Part shown: piece after piece, positions 1-9,695 of the stretch | Layout of the letters: the number at the start of each line of letters is the position of its first letter | How positions within the stretch are numbered: position 1 is the first letter of the stretch | DNA from: Minisyncoccia bacterium | Lineage (GTDB): Bacteria > Patescibacteriota > Minisyncoccia > UBA6257 > 2-01-FULL-56-20 | Assembly (NCBI GenBank): GCA_049997875.1 | Contig: JBEKRC010000001.1 | Location: 236,609-300,608, forward strand | DNA length: 64,000 nt | Direction: 5' to 3' | Notes under the pieces: generated by a model | Database searches by the model: none | The model's input: the letters and a program-made list of their open reading frames with translations, nothing else | Told to the model about the DNA's origin: nothing | Translations under genes and position numbers: made by a program

Positions 1-1
1 G

Positions 2-655
2 GGGTTCAATCATCGTTTCCAGGCGGCGATGCTCAAGGCGCATGAGATTTACAAAGAGGGGGGTATCGGAAAGATATTTATCATTCGGGCGCGATATGGG
101 CACGGCGGGCGGCCCGGCATGGAGAAAGAGTGGCGATTCAACAAGAAACTGTCGGGGGGCGGAGAGCTTTTGGATCAAGGGGTGCACCTTATAGACCTCG
201 CGCGCTGGTTCGGCGGGGAACCGACGACGGTCTACGGGCTCGCGCAGACGAAGTTCTGGCGGACAAAGCTGGAAGACAATGTCTTTGTGCTTATGAGGAA
301 CAATACAGTAACGGTTTCTTTCCATGTGAGCACGACCAACTGGAAGAACCTTTTCTCGTTTGAGATTTTTGGCGACAAGGGATACCTTCGGATAGATGGC
401 AAAGGAGGGAGCTATGGAGAGGAAGTGCTGACGTGGGGCCGCCGCCGGCCGGGGGCCGCACCCGATACCAAGGTTTTTAAGTTCCCTGGGTCCGATGAAA
501 GTTGGGAGCGCGAGTGGAAAAATTTCACCGGGGCGATCGCAGGGAGGAACAAAGTGATCGGCGATGCCATGGACGGCCTCCGCACGAACCAGATCGTGGA
601 AGCGCTTTATCGTTCTTCCCGCGAGCACAAAGAAATAAAGGTCAAATTGACATAA
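2..655 (+). CDS. Gfo/Idh/MocA family oxidoreductase (5'-truncated by window)
   Basis: Frame open from base 2 (GFNHRF...); GGGELLDQGVHLIDL motif typical of the Gfo/Idh/MocA C-terminal domain. Confidence 0.85.
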   Translation, partial: GFNHRFQAAMLKAHEIYKEGGIGKIFIIRARYGHGGRPGMEKEWRFNKKLSGGGELLDQGVHLIDLARWFGGEPTTVYGLAQTKFWRTKLEDNVFVLMRNNTVTVSFHVSTTNWKNLFSFEIFGDKGYLRIDGKGGSYGEEVLTWGRRRPGAAPDTKVFKFPGSDESWEREWKNFTGAIAGRNKVIGDAMDGLRTNQIVEALYRSSREHKEIKVKLT

Positions 656-684
656 ATTCCGATTGGTCGTAGAATATTTTAGTT

Positions 685-1410
685 ATGCCCAAATCTCTTA
701 ACGAGCTAAAACTCAAGATTTTTGCGGACGGAGCCGACAAATTGAGCATGGTGGCGCTGGCAAAAGATCCTCTCATCAAAGGTTTCACGACGAACCCGAC
801 GCTCATGCGGAAAGCCGGTGTGACGGATTATGCCGGATTCGCGAAAGAGGTCCTTGCGGAAATAAAAACAAAGCCGGTCTCTTTTGAGGTCTTTTCGGAC
901 GATTTTGACGAGATGGAGCGGCAGGCGCGGATCATCGCGTCGTGGGCGCCGAATGTTTACGTGAAGATCCCGGTGATGAATACCAAAAAGCAGTCATCGG
1001 CGCCGCTCGTCAAAAAACTTGCTCTTGGAGGCGTGAAATTGAACGTGACCGCGATTCTCACGCTCCCGCAAGTTAAGGAGGTCGCGGCGGCGCTTTCACC
1101 CAGAGTGCCGGCGATCGTTTCCGTCTTTGCCGGTCGCATCGCGGATACCGGCGTTGACCCGATTCCCATTATGAAGGATTGCAAAGCCGTGCTCGCTCGG
1201 ACGCCGAACTACGAACTCCTTTGGGCAAGCCCCCGCGAACTTTTGAACATCTACCAAGCCGAGGAGATCGGGGTGGATATTATTACCGTGACGCCGGACA
1301 TCTTGAAGAAGGGGGCAATGGTCGGCCTCAATCACCATGAATTATCGTATCAGACCGTGAAGATGTTCTACGATGACGGCCAGAAAGTCGGCTACACGCT
1401 TTACGAATGA
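685..1410 (+). CDS. tal: Transaldolase (short FSA/TalC-like type)
   Basis: GFTTNPTL, VYVKIP (Schiff-base Lys), LNVTA, SVFAGR, LLWAS motifs. Confidence 0.9.
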   Translation: MPKSLNELKLKIFADGADKLSMVALAKDPLIKGFTTNPTLMRKAGVTDYAGFAKEVLAEIKTKPVSFEVFSDDFDEMERQARIIASWAPNVYVKIPVMNTKKQSSAPLVKKLALGGVKLNVTAILTLPQVKEVAAALSPRVPAIVSVFAGRIADTGVDPIPIMKDCKAVLARTPNYELLWASPRELLNIYQAEEIGVDIITVTPDILKKGAMVGLNHHELSYQTVKMFYDDGQKVGYTLYE

Positions 1411-2033
1411 TAGCCATGTATCACGACTACATCAATTCGTATCTTGACGAGGTGGGGGAGATCGCCAAAAAGCTTGACCGCGAGGAGATCAATCAGGCGA
1501 TCAATGTTTTGAAGGACGTCCGCGACAAGAAGGGCCGCCTTTTCATTTTGGGCGTCGGCGGCGGGGCGGGACATGCGAGCCACGCGGTGAATGATTTTCG
1601 GAAACTGACGGGAATCGAGGCCTATACGCCGGTGGACAACGTTTCGGAACTTACCGCCCGGACCAACGACGACGGGTTTCACACTATTTTTTCCAATTGG
1701 CTTCTCGGGAGCAATCTCCGCGCGAATGACGCCCTCCTTATCTTTTCCGTGGGGGGAGGCAACGCTGAGAAGAACATCAGCATGAACCTTGTAGAGGCGA
1801 TGAGACTTGCAAAGGAGGTGGGCGCGAAGATCATCGGCGTCGTCGGCCGCGACGGCGGACATACAAAGAAAATGGCCGATGTCTGCGTGCTCGTGCCGGT
1901 GGTAAATCCGGAGAACGTGACGCCGCACACCGAAGCGTTTCAAGCAGTTGTGTGGCACATCATCGTCTCACACCCGAAGTTCCGGGCACAGAAAGGCAAG
2001 TGGGAATCAACGCAGGGGACGCACAAAAAATAA
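1407..2033 (+). CDS. SIS-domain phosphosugar isomerase, GmhA-like (start may be 1416)
   Basis: LFILGVGGGAGHASHAVND, TARTND, PHTE motifs of the GmhA/SIS family. Confidence 0.8.
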   Translation: MIAMYHDYINSYLDEVGEIAKKLDREEINQAINVLKDVRDKKGRLFILGVGGGAGHASHAVNDFRKLTGIEAYTPVDNVSELTARTNDDGFHTIFSNWLLGSNLRANDALLIFSVGGGNAEKNISMNLVEAMRLAKEVGAKIIGVVGRDGGHTKKMADVCVLVPVVNPENVTPHTEAFQAVVWHIIVSHPKFRAQKGKWESTQGTHKK

Positions 2034-2063
2034 AATACCGCGCACGCGCGGTGTTTTATTTTA
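2027..2063. terminator. Bidirectional intrinsic terminator
   Basis: AAAATAAAATACCGCGC-AC-GCGCGGTGTTTTATTTT inverted repeat between convergent genes. Confidence 0.75.
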
Positions 2064-2775
2064 TTACGGAAGCGATGCTTTTATATTTGCCCGCAAAGAG
2101 ATCATTTATCCCGCTCATTTCCCGGTCAAGATTGCGCGCGTAGGATTTTGATCCGAATATCCGGCGGACGCGGTCGCCGTATTTTGCGGGATCTGCATCC
2201 AGGAGGACAAGTTCGCTCGCGTGGCATTCAAGGGTTATGCCTTTGAACTTTGATTCTTTCTTCAGATGTTCCTGCGCCATTACGATCGTGCGCGGGAGAT
2301 GGACGGCGACCGTGAGGATCGCGACTTTCGGGACCCGGAGCCGCGTCGCAAGGGAGAAAACATTGTAAAGCTCCCGATTCGTCCCCGATGCATCCGCTTT
2401 CCATTCTTCCTCGTTGAAAATGTTTACCTCGGGCACCATCCCGTTTTGTCGTTTTGCTTCCGCGAGGAAGGCATCAGTCATTATTTGGGATTCGCTCGGA
2501 GCGCCGATGGAATTCAGATATTTTGAACGGGCGCCGTACGCGCACGTCACTATTTGCGGTCGCAGTTTCCTGGCAAGCAGAGCTCCGGCGAGAACGTTCA
2601 GCTCGCCGCCGCCGATGACGGAATTCCGGACGTTGTCGTTTTCCGGCACCCGGACCGCGAGATGCGCCCCTTTTTTGTCGCATATTTCAAGATCGGGCGT
2701 GAGGACCCACTCTTGGCTTGTGGCGGAGGGATGTTGGATCCCACGTCCAAGGATTGCGAGGAGGGTGTTGGTCAT
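2056..2775 (-). CDS. DUF218/YdcF(ElyC)-like protein, paralog 2
   Basis: Start chosen at MTNTLLAILGRG; SESQIM, TNRELYN, ILTVAVHLPR resemble the DUF218 SEAxxM, TxEN and LVTxxxHxxR motifs. Confidence 0.6.
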   Translation of the reverse strand: MTNTLLAILGRGIQHPSATSQEWVLTPDLEICDKKGAHLAVRVPENDNVRNSVIGGGELNVLAGALLARKLRPQIVTCAYGARSKYLNSIGAPSESQIMTDAFLAEAKRQNGMVPEVNIFNEEEWKADASGTNRELYNVFSLATRLRVPKVAILTVAVHLPRTIVMAQEHLKKESKFKGITLECHASELVLLDADPAKYGDRVRRIFGSKSYARNLDREMSGINDLFAGKYKSIASVIK

Positions 2776-2864
2776 GTAATAGATTCTATATAAAAAAGGG
2801 TGGCCTGTCCCGCTGGGCGATGAGTTGCCGGTTGGGACAGGCCGTTTTCGTGCGAGTTCGGCAC

Positions 2865-3605
2865 TTACTTTGTCGAGGTCGGCGTTGACTTGAGCTGGGT
2901 CGTCTGGGTGACACCACTTCGCATTGCCTCCAGTGCCGCAGCTTCGCGCCGCAAATTCGTGATGTAGGATTTGGACGAAACGAGCTCCCACACCCGATTC
3001 GCGTACTGTGCTGGCTCAAACCTCATGAGCACGCACTCGCTCACTTCGGGCTGGATCTTTCCTCGCAGGTTCCCGAGGCCGGGGGTTTGGAGGTGTTTCG
3101 CCACCATCCCCAGCACTCGCGTCATGTGGACGAGTACCGTGACGAGGACCACCTCGTCAAAATTTTTGGTCAGGGCGAGTTCAAGGATATTCCGGACCTC
3201 CCGGAACGTTCCCGAACCCTCAACCTGCCGGGCGGCTTCATCAAAGATATCCACGCGAGGGTTCACTCCCAGCCTTTCCCGGATGATTCCCTGGAAGAGG
3301 TGGGTCATGATTTCCGACTCGCTCGGGTAGTTACGTTGCAGGAGATACGGCGACCGGTTACCGTATGCAAAAACCGTAAGGTATGGGTTGAAATATTCGT
3401 ACAGAGCTACCGCAGCAGCGAGATTCAGTTCCCCGCCCCCGATGACTGAGTTCGGGTCATCGTCGTTTTTTGGAGGGAGGACCTCTGGTCGCAGGACGCC
3501 CGGGGTGATATCCCAGATGTCAAAATCCTTCGTAAGCGCCCAGGATCCGCCCGGGGAGTTCATCATCATCCCACGGCCAAGAGTGGCAAGAAGTCTTTTG
3601 GGCAA
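2865..3605 (-). CDS. DUF218/YdcF(ElyC)-like protein, paralog 1
   Basis: TTG start after AGGAGG; LLATLGRG, SVIGGGELN, SESEIM, TFREVRN, LVTVLVHMTR; colinear with 2056-2775. Confidence 0.6.
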   Translation of the reverse strand: MPKRLLATLGRGMMMNSPGGSWALTKDFDIWDITPGVLRPEVLPPKNDDDPNSVIGGGELNLAAAVALYEYFNPYLTVFAYGNRSPYLLQRNYPSESEIMTHLFQGIIRERLGVNPRVDIFDEAARQVEGSGTFREVRNILELALTKNFDEVVLVTVLVHMTRVLGMVAKHLQTPGLGNLRGKIQPEVSECVLMRFEPAQYANRVWELVSSKSYITNLRREAAALEAMRSGVTQTTQLKSTPTSTK

Positions 3606-3740
3606 AGCGCACCTCCTAGAAAAGTTTACAAACAGCACGATTTCGCAAATTCTGTGCTGCGCACATTATTGCATACCGCTTTAAAAATGTCAATACCACG
3701 GGGTTTAATGCCAAGGAAGGTACTGTTATAATGTTCCTAC

Positions 3741-4427
3741 ATGAAATTGATATCCTTGAATACTTGGGACGGCGCGACAGGAGATGTCTTCGCTGGATTC
3801 GTAAAAGAACAAGCCCGCGATACGGACATTTTTTGTTTTCAGGAGGTTCGTGAAAACGCGCGGACGCTTTGCAGGACGGCCATTCCGGATTATAAGGAGA
3901 TCGCCGCATATAAGCGCACGGCCGAAGGTAAGGATGCTTCTCAAACAACGTACCTCAATAAAAGGATGCGCTTACTGTCTTCGGAAGTGATATTTGAGGA
4001 AAGGGACGATCCCGGCCTTGGGATGTATGTGGAAGTTTCGTTCAGAAGCGGCAGCCTTCACATCATTAATTTTCATGGCAACTGGAATCCAGTGAACAAG
4101 TTGGATAGCCCGGAGAGGATACGGCAATCACAGGAATTAGTCGCTTTCTTGAAAGCTAAGGAAGGGCCTAAAATGGTTATGGGCGATTTTAATCTCCTTC
4201 CCGACACGGAGGGCATCCGATTATTTGAGCTGAACGGCTATCGCAATCTGATCAAAGATTTCCACATCGCGACTACGCGGAACCGCCTTGGTTGGGACAG
4301 ATTCCCGGGCAACAAGCAGCTGTATGCCGATTATGTTTTTGTCAGCCCCGACGTGGCGATAAAAAGTTTCTCGGTGCCGGATGTGGAAATTTCGGACCAC
4401 TTGCCGATGATCGTAGATATTGAATAA
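3741..4427 (+). CDS. Endonuclease/exonuclease/phosphatase (EEP) family protein
   Basis: ISLN, FQEV, MGDFN, DYVF, SDHLP motifs. Confidence 0.9.
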   Translation: MKLISLNTWDGATGDVFAGFVKEQARDTDIFCFQEVRENARTLCRTAIPDYKEIAAYKRTAEGKDASQTTYLNKRMRLLSSEVIFEERDDPGLGMYVEVSFRSGSLHIINFHGNWNPVNKLDSPERIRQSQELVAFLKAKEGPKMVMGDFNLLPDTEGIRLFELNGYRNLIKDFHIATTRNRLGWDRFPGNKQLYADYVFVSPDVAIKSFSVPDVEISDHLPMIVDIE

Positions 4428-4434
4428 TATAAGC

Positions 4435-5028
4435 ATGGCGCAAAAAAAACGACCGGCGGTGTTTTTGGACAGGGATGGAACGATCATCCGGCAGGTAGAG
4501 CTGCTTCACAAGCCGTCGCAGTTGAAGATTTTCCCCGAAACCGCCGAAGCGGTCAAAGCATTTAATAAGCTCGGCTATGTAACGGTCATCATCACGAACC
4601 AGCCGGTAGTTGCGCGCGGGATCATTGGACCGAAAGAGGTTGATCGCATCCACGCCATCCTTATAAAGCGCCTTGCAAAGCGCGGTGCAAAGATAGACGC
4701 CGTGTATTTCTGCCCGCACCATCCGAAAGCGAACATGAAGAAATACCGGATGGTGTGCAAGTGCAGGAAGCCGAATCCCGGAATGATCTTAAAAGCGGTC
4801 AAAGAATATGGCATAGACCTCAAAAAAAGTTTTCTCGTGGGCGACAGCACGCAGGACGTTTTGGCCGGCAATCGCGCCAAGGTTAAGGTGATTTTGGTGA
4901 GAACGGGCCATGGCGGGAAAGATCCGTGGCAGCACGAGGGAAAACCGGATTTTGTTGTGAAAAATCTTAGGGGCGCTGCCCGGATTATCAAAAAACTTTC
5001 GCGGACTTCCCGCGTCAGATCAAAGTGA
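4435..5028 (+). CDS. gmhB: GmhB-like HAD-IIIA sugar bisphosphate phosphatase
   Basis: FLDRDGT, TNQ, CPHHP, CRKP, VGD motifs. Confidence 0.85.
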   Translation: MAQKKRPAVFLDRDGTIIRQVELLHKPSQLKIFPETAEAVKAFNKLGYVTVIITNQPVVARGIIGPKEVDRIHAILIKRLAKRGAKIDAVYFCPHHPKANMKKYRMVCKCRKPNPGMILKAVKEYGIDLKKSFLVGDSTQDVLAGNRAKVKVILVRTGHGGKDPWQHEGKPDFVVKNLRGAARIIKKLSRTSRVRSK

Positions 5029-5045
5029 AAGAGTTTTGCCCTGTC

Positions 5046-5987
5046 TCACTGCCATTTACCGCAAATAGTGTCAGGGTTGATCATTTTCCAATTCTTTTTG
5101 GGGAGCAGTTGCCGGATTTTCCGGACAAGCGTCGGTTCCCCGGCGATGAACCCAAGACCATTCGTCTCGCGGGGAAGCGCGAAAGCGCGCTCATCGGGCT
5201 TTTGGACCGGGATGGCGATGCCTCCTTTGAGACGATAGAACCAAACAGCTTTCGCGGTTTCTCTAAGGAGTGGGAGCGCCTGCGCCCAATCCCACGGTTT
5301 CTGCGGAGGTTGGATCACGAGGCCTACTCTTCCTAAGGCCACATTTGCGAGCGCGAGAAGGCCCGATCCCGCAACGTATAATCCCTGCACATTCACGGCA
5401 ATCTCCGTTTCCATTTTTTGCAGGTTGGGATATAGCATCGCGTCCACGCCCATTTTCACGATGACCTCCCTTGTTTTTGGCTTGTTCCTTACTGCGGAGA
5501 TCCGCCGCACTGGATCAGTTCCTTCTTTGAAGAAAGCGCCCTTGGCGCGTTCCGCGAAGACAAGGAGCCCGTCGTTCATCATCGGGGCGATGATGGCGCC
5601 TCCAAGGAAAACGCCGTTGCGGATCGTGCCGACGCCGATTGACCAATCGCCTTGGTCATGGGAGAAGGGCGTCGTTCCGTCCAAAGGGTCTACGACGAAG
5701 TACAGTCCTTTGCCCAGGATTCCTTTCGGATTTTTCGGGGAGAGCGCTGCGGGGTGAGAAGTTTTCTCTTCTCCCAGTATTTTCGCATGAGGGAATCTGG
5801 AAAGGAGTTTTTTGAAGATGATCCTTTGCGATTTACGATCCGCCTCGGTGATGATTGAACGCGGCCCTTCGCCGGGTTTTATCTTCCCCCGGTGGGAGCT
5901 CTTTTTAACAGTTATTGCAGCCTCAACCACCGCCTCCACGGCAGTTTGTATCTCTGGCGAAAGGACCTTCAATGTTCCTGATCGCAT
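5046..5987 (-). CDS. Inositol monophosphatase family protein
   Basis: TEAD, GEE, VDPLDGT, PWD motifs. Confidence 0.85.
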   Translation of the reverse strand: MRSGTLKVLSPEIQTAVEAVVEAAITVKKSSHRGKIKPGEGPRSIITEADRKSQRIIFKKLLSRFPHAKILGEEKTSHPAALSPKNPKGILGKGLYFVVDPLDGTTPFSHDQGDWSIGVGTIRNGVFLGGAIIAPMMNDGLLVFAERAKGAFFKEGTDPVRRISAVRNKPKTREVIVKMGVDAMLYPNLQKMETEIAVNVQGLYVAGSGLLALANVALGRVGLVIQPPQKPWDWAQALPLLRETAKAVWFYRLKGGIAIPVQKPDERAFALPRETNGLGFIAGEPTLVRKIRQLLPKKNWKMINPDTICGKWQ

Positions 5988-6049
5988 TACTTATAAATCT
6001 TACCAGATTCAATTTGATTTTTGGCGTCAAATGGGAGTATATTCAAGCC

Positions 6050-6793
6050 ATGATCAAACAAGCGGTGCTTTTGTGCGGCGGCGAGGGCACGCGGCTGCGC
6101 CCTTACACCTATACGATGTCCAAGCAGATGATCCCGATCCTTGGGCATCCGCTCACCGAATGGAATATCGTGCAGTTCAAGAAGCACGGCGTCACGGATT
6201 TTCTAATCAACTTATATACCAAGCCGGAAGTGATGCGGGGTTACCTCGGCGACGGTTCCAAATGGGACGTGAAGATCACGTATAACCTGGAAGAAAAGCC
6301 GCCGGGGGTTGCCGGCAGCATAAAGCTGTTTGAAAAATATGCCGATGACGAATTTTTTGTGATCTACGGGGACATGCTTAGTTTTGTGGATTATACGAAG
6401 ATGGAAAAGGTGTGGCGGGAAAAACCGGCGGGAGCAATGGGGATGCAGCGCACGCAGAAAATGGAGGATTATCGCGACGCCGACGTCGCGGAGCTTGATG
6501 TGAACGGGAAGTTCGTGGCCATCCACCCGAAACCCCACGACAGGGCATATCCGAACGCGCACCGCATGCGGGGAGTGTTTATTTTGAAAAAGAAAATACT
6601 TTCCTATGTCCCTACCGACCGGTACTACGAGATCGGCAGGGACCTTTTGCCCGACATTATCAAGCACGGAGAGTCGTTTTACTCTTATGAATGCAGCGAT
6701 TATTCCAAAGGGATTGATACTGTGGAAAAATGGAGGGAGGTGGAAGAGTATTTGCGGCAGCACAACATCACTTTTGATAGTTTCGCCAAATAG
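6050..6793 (+). CDS. Sugar-phosphate nucleotidyltransferase (NTP_transferase family)
   Basis: AVLLCGGEGTRLRPYT...K and YGD motifs. Confidence 0.88.
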   Translation: MIKQAVLLCGGEGTRLRPYTYTMSKQMIPILGHPLTEWNIVQFKKHGVTDFLINLYTKPEVMRGYLGDGSKWDVKITYNLEEKPPGVAGSIKLFEKYADDEFFVIYGDMLSFVDYTKMEKVWREKPAGAMGMQRTQKMEDYRDADVAELDVNGKFVAIHPKPHDRAYPNAHRMRGVFILKKKILSYVPTDRYYEIGRDLLPDIIKHGESFYSYECSDYSKGIDTVEKWREVEEYLRQHNITFDSFAK

Positions 6794-6807
6794 GTATCAT
6801 TTCTGTT

Positions 6808-7632
6808 ATGGCAACCCCGCGGGTAAGTGTTCTCACGGCGACCTGGAATCATGAACGCGTCATCGGACAAGCGATTCAAAGCGTGCTGGATCAAACGTTC
6901 AAAGACTGGGAACTCGTCATTGTTGACGACGGGTCTATTGATCGCACGGCGGAGGTTGTGAGGGAATGGCAGAAAAAAGATAAGCGCATCAAATATTTCC
7001 ACCCGGATCATCATATAGGCCGCATCGCTGTTGTTTCCAACGCCGGCCTTAAAGAAGCGCGCGGGGAATTTGTCGCGGTGCTTGATGGCGACGATTGGTG
7101 GGCGGATAAAAGAAAACTTGAGAAGCAGATCACGTTTTTGGATGCGCACCAAGATTATATCGGCTGCGGAGGGGGATTTATTGTGATGGGCGGGGAAGGT
7201 AAGGAGGTTTCAAGGTTGTTGAAGCCGGAAACCGACGAGGCGATTCGGCGTATAGCGCTCTACGCGAATCCGATGACGAACTCGTCAGGCATATTCAGGC
7301 GCGAGAGGGCGGGGTTTTACGATGAAAGCATGCCTCAATTCGCCGACTGGGATTTTTGGCTCACGGCCGGCACGAAAGGCAAGCTCTATAATTTCCCGGA
7401 ATATTTCCTTGCGTATCGCATGTGGGACCGGGGGAGCTCGTTTGTCAATCAGAGACAGAACGCGAATGCGGCGTTCGCGATTTTCAAGAAGCACAAGAGG
7501 GAATATCCGGGGTCAACAAAAGCGTTTTTCCTCATCACGCTGTATTGGTGCTACGCCTTCCTCCCGATATGGTTCAGGCGGGCGGTCAACGCGCCCCTCT
7601 CGCGGCTTAAGAAGTTGATGTTTTCGGGATAG
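6808..7632 (+). CDS. Glycosyltransferase family 2
   Basis: VSVL..WN, VDDGSID, LDGDD motifs. Confidence 0.9.
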   Translation: MATPRVSVLTATWNHERVIGQAIQSVLDQTFKDWELVIVDDGSIDRTAEVVREWQKKDKRIKYFHPDHHIGRIAVVSNAGLKEARGEFVAVLDGDDWWADKRKLEKQITFLDAHQDYIGCGGGFIVMGGEGKEVSRLLKPETDEAIRRIALYANPMTNSSGIFRRERAGFYDESMPQFADWDFWLTAGTKGKLYNFPEYFLAYRMWDRGSSFVNQRQNANAAFAIFKKHKREYPGSTKAFFLITLYWCYAFLPIWFRRAVNAPLSRLKKLMFSG

Positions 7633-9091
7633 CTCCGCGGAGAATACTTTTGAGTTCAATAAGGAGCGGTTCGTGGAGGCGGTAAAGGATGAGGAAATAG
7701 AACGCGGCGCAAACCGCGATGGTTATGACGACATTCACGCTAAGGAAGAAAAGGAAAACGGCCATCGCGCCCATCACGACCCCTGCGGTGATGATCTTTT
7801 TGAGTTGCGGCGCAACCTCAAAGTAATTTATCCTTTTCATCACGTGCCATAGGTACCAGTTGGTTACGATCTGGGTGAGGAGCGTGCCGAATGCGGATCC
7901 TGCGATGCCGAAAGGCGGAATAAGGATGAGGTCAAGAGCGACGTTCATGATGCCGCCGATGAGCGAAGCAACGATCAAGCTCTTTTGGCGGTCATAGGCG
8001 AATATGGCGGTGCTTATAATCACAGTGGGATAATCAACGATCAAAGTGATCATAAGGATCTTGAGTGCCAAACCGCCCGAGACATATGCGGTTCCGAAGA
8101 CAAGATCCATTATTTGCGTTCCGAGGATCGCTCCGCCGATTGCCATTGGTACCGACGCGAGAAAGAGAAGTCCCACGATTCGCTCAAGCGCGCTGCGGAA
8201 CTTCACGCTACTCGTGTTTACAAACCGCGAAAGGGTAGGGAAGGTGCTTAGTTGGAAGATTGAGGGGATAATGTAGAGGACCTGAATGATGCGGATCACC
8301 GCTGAATAGATGCCAACTTCGGAAGCGGACCGCATCCAGCTGACGATGAGGATGTCGGTATTTGTGAGGAGAATCCCCAAGGCGCCCGTGATTGCGAACG
8401 GCCACGCGGAGGTAAGAATCGGTTTTATGAGCCGTGCGGAGAAATAAGAGAAGATATGTGCAAGGCGTTTTCTGAGCACGGTGATTGCGGTTATGGCTCC
8501 GAATGCCGTTCCTGCGACATATGCCCAGCCGAATGAAAGGGCCGTTCTTGAATAACTAAGAAAAAGGAAACCGGCGATGACAATACCAAGGTTGGTGAGG
8601 AGGAAGATGCCCGTCTCCCATTCCATTTTTTCATTTGCGCGGATGAAGGAGGAAAGGAACTCACGCGTGGTGTCCAGTGCGATGATGAGCGCTACGATTG
8701 GTAGTAACGCGGTAGCTCCGGGGAGCGTGCTGAAGAGCGGTGCTACAAAGAGTACTATGAGCACCGCGCCGGCAATGAGGGCGAGTTTCACGGCAAGCGT
8801 GGTTGAGAGAATGCGAAGGCGCCCATCTTCGTTGGTCGCTTTCGGCACCTCGCGCATGACCATTGAATTCACGCCGGGATCAAAGAAGAGCGTGAAGAAT
8901 CCTGCAAGCGTGAGGGCGTAGGAGAACACCCCATACTCGGCGGTGCCCAAAACACGCGCGCCGTAGATGATAATGATGGCTTTCAGAGCTTTTCCGCCGA
9001 AGTTGGAAAACGCGGCCCAGAAGGTGTTTTTAGCGACCGTTTGCCTGACAGTTTTGTTCTCAAAAAGGAACGATTTTATTTTTTTGAACAT
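7607..9091 (-). CDS. Wzx-type O-antigen/polysaccharide flippase
   Basis: Many TM helices; KNTFW, ARVLG..EYG, VGIYS, GIAGSA.GT motifs. Confidence 0.88.
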   Translation of the reverse strand: MFKKIKSFLFENKTVRQTVAKNTFWAAFSNFGGKALKAIIIIYGARVLGTAEYGVFSYALTLAGFFTLFFDPGVNSMVMREVPKATNEDGRLRILSTTLAVKLALIAGAVLIVLFVAPLFSTLPGATALLPIVALIIALDTTREFLSSFIRANEKMEWETGIFLLTNLGIVIAGFLFLSYSRTALSFGWAYVAGTAFGAITAITVLRKRLAHIFSYFSARLIKPILTSAWPFAITGALGILLTNTDILIVSWMRSASEVGIYSAVIRIIQVLYIIPSIFQLSTFPTLSRFVNTSSVKFRSALERIVGLLFLASVPMAIGGAILGTQIMDLVFGTAYVSGGLALKILMITLIVDYPTVIISTAIFAYDRQKSLIVASLIGGIMNVALDLILIPPFGIAGSAFGTLLTQIVTNWYLWHVMKRINYFEVAPQLKKIITAGVVMGAMAVFLFFLSVNVVITIAVCAAFYFLILYRLHEPLLIELKSILRGAIPKTSTS

Positions 9092-9161
9092 CAGAGGTGT
9101 TATACTTAAGGAAAGCGCCAGTGCGATAATGTAATACTATCGCGAAGCCGCGATTTCGTAA

Positions 9162-9695
9162 ATGAAAAGGAAAACGGCCCGGCGGAAGAAAAAAGTGGTT
9201 GCGGTGAGCGGGGGGTTTGACCCGATCCACATTGGTCATGTCCGGTTGTTTGAACGCGCAAAATCGCTCGGTGACGAGCTCGTCGTCATTCTGAACAATG
9301 ACAACTGGCTTCGGAAGAAGAAACACCATGCGTTCATGCCTGATTACGAGCGGATGGAAGTGATCAAAGCGTTGCGCCCGGTGGATCGCGTGGTGCTCAC
9401 GAAGCACGGGAAAAATCCGAAGGACATGAGTGTATCCCGTGAATTGCGTGAGCTCCGGCCCCATATTTTGGCGAACGGCGGCGACCGGAACAAGAAAGAC
9501 GCCGCGAATCCTGCGTCCTCGCTCTATAAAGACATCAACACCTGTAAAGAGCTTGGGATTGCGACGGTGTTCAATGTGGGCGACGGCGGCAAGGTGCAAT
9601 CAAGCTCGTGGCTGTTGGAGAAATATGTGAAGCGTGTGAGTGGTACGCGGGCGCGCCGCCGCCGTGCCGTGAGTGTGGCGAGGCGCAGGCGCTAA
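9162..9695 (+). CDS. Cytidylyltransferase-like nucleotidyltransferase (TagD/RfaE-II/RibL superfamily)
   Basis: SGGFDPIHIGH (HxGH), ANGGDR, KVQSSS motifs. Confidence 0.85.
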   Translation: MKRKTARRKKKVVAVSGGFDPIHIGHVRLFERAKSLGDELVVILNNDNWLRKKKHHAFMPDYERMEVIKALRPVDRVVLTKHGKNPKDMSVSRELRELRPHILANGGDRNKKDAANPASSLYKDINTCKELGIATVFNVGDGGKVQSSSWLLEKYVKRVSGTRARRRRAVSVARRRR

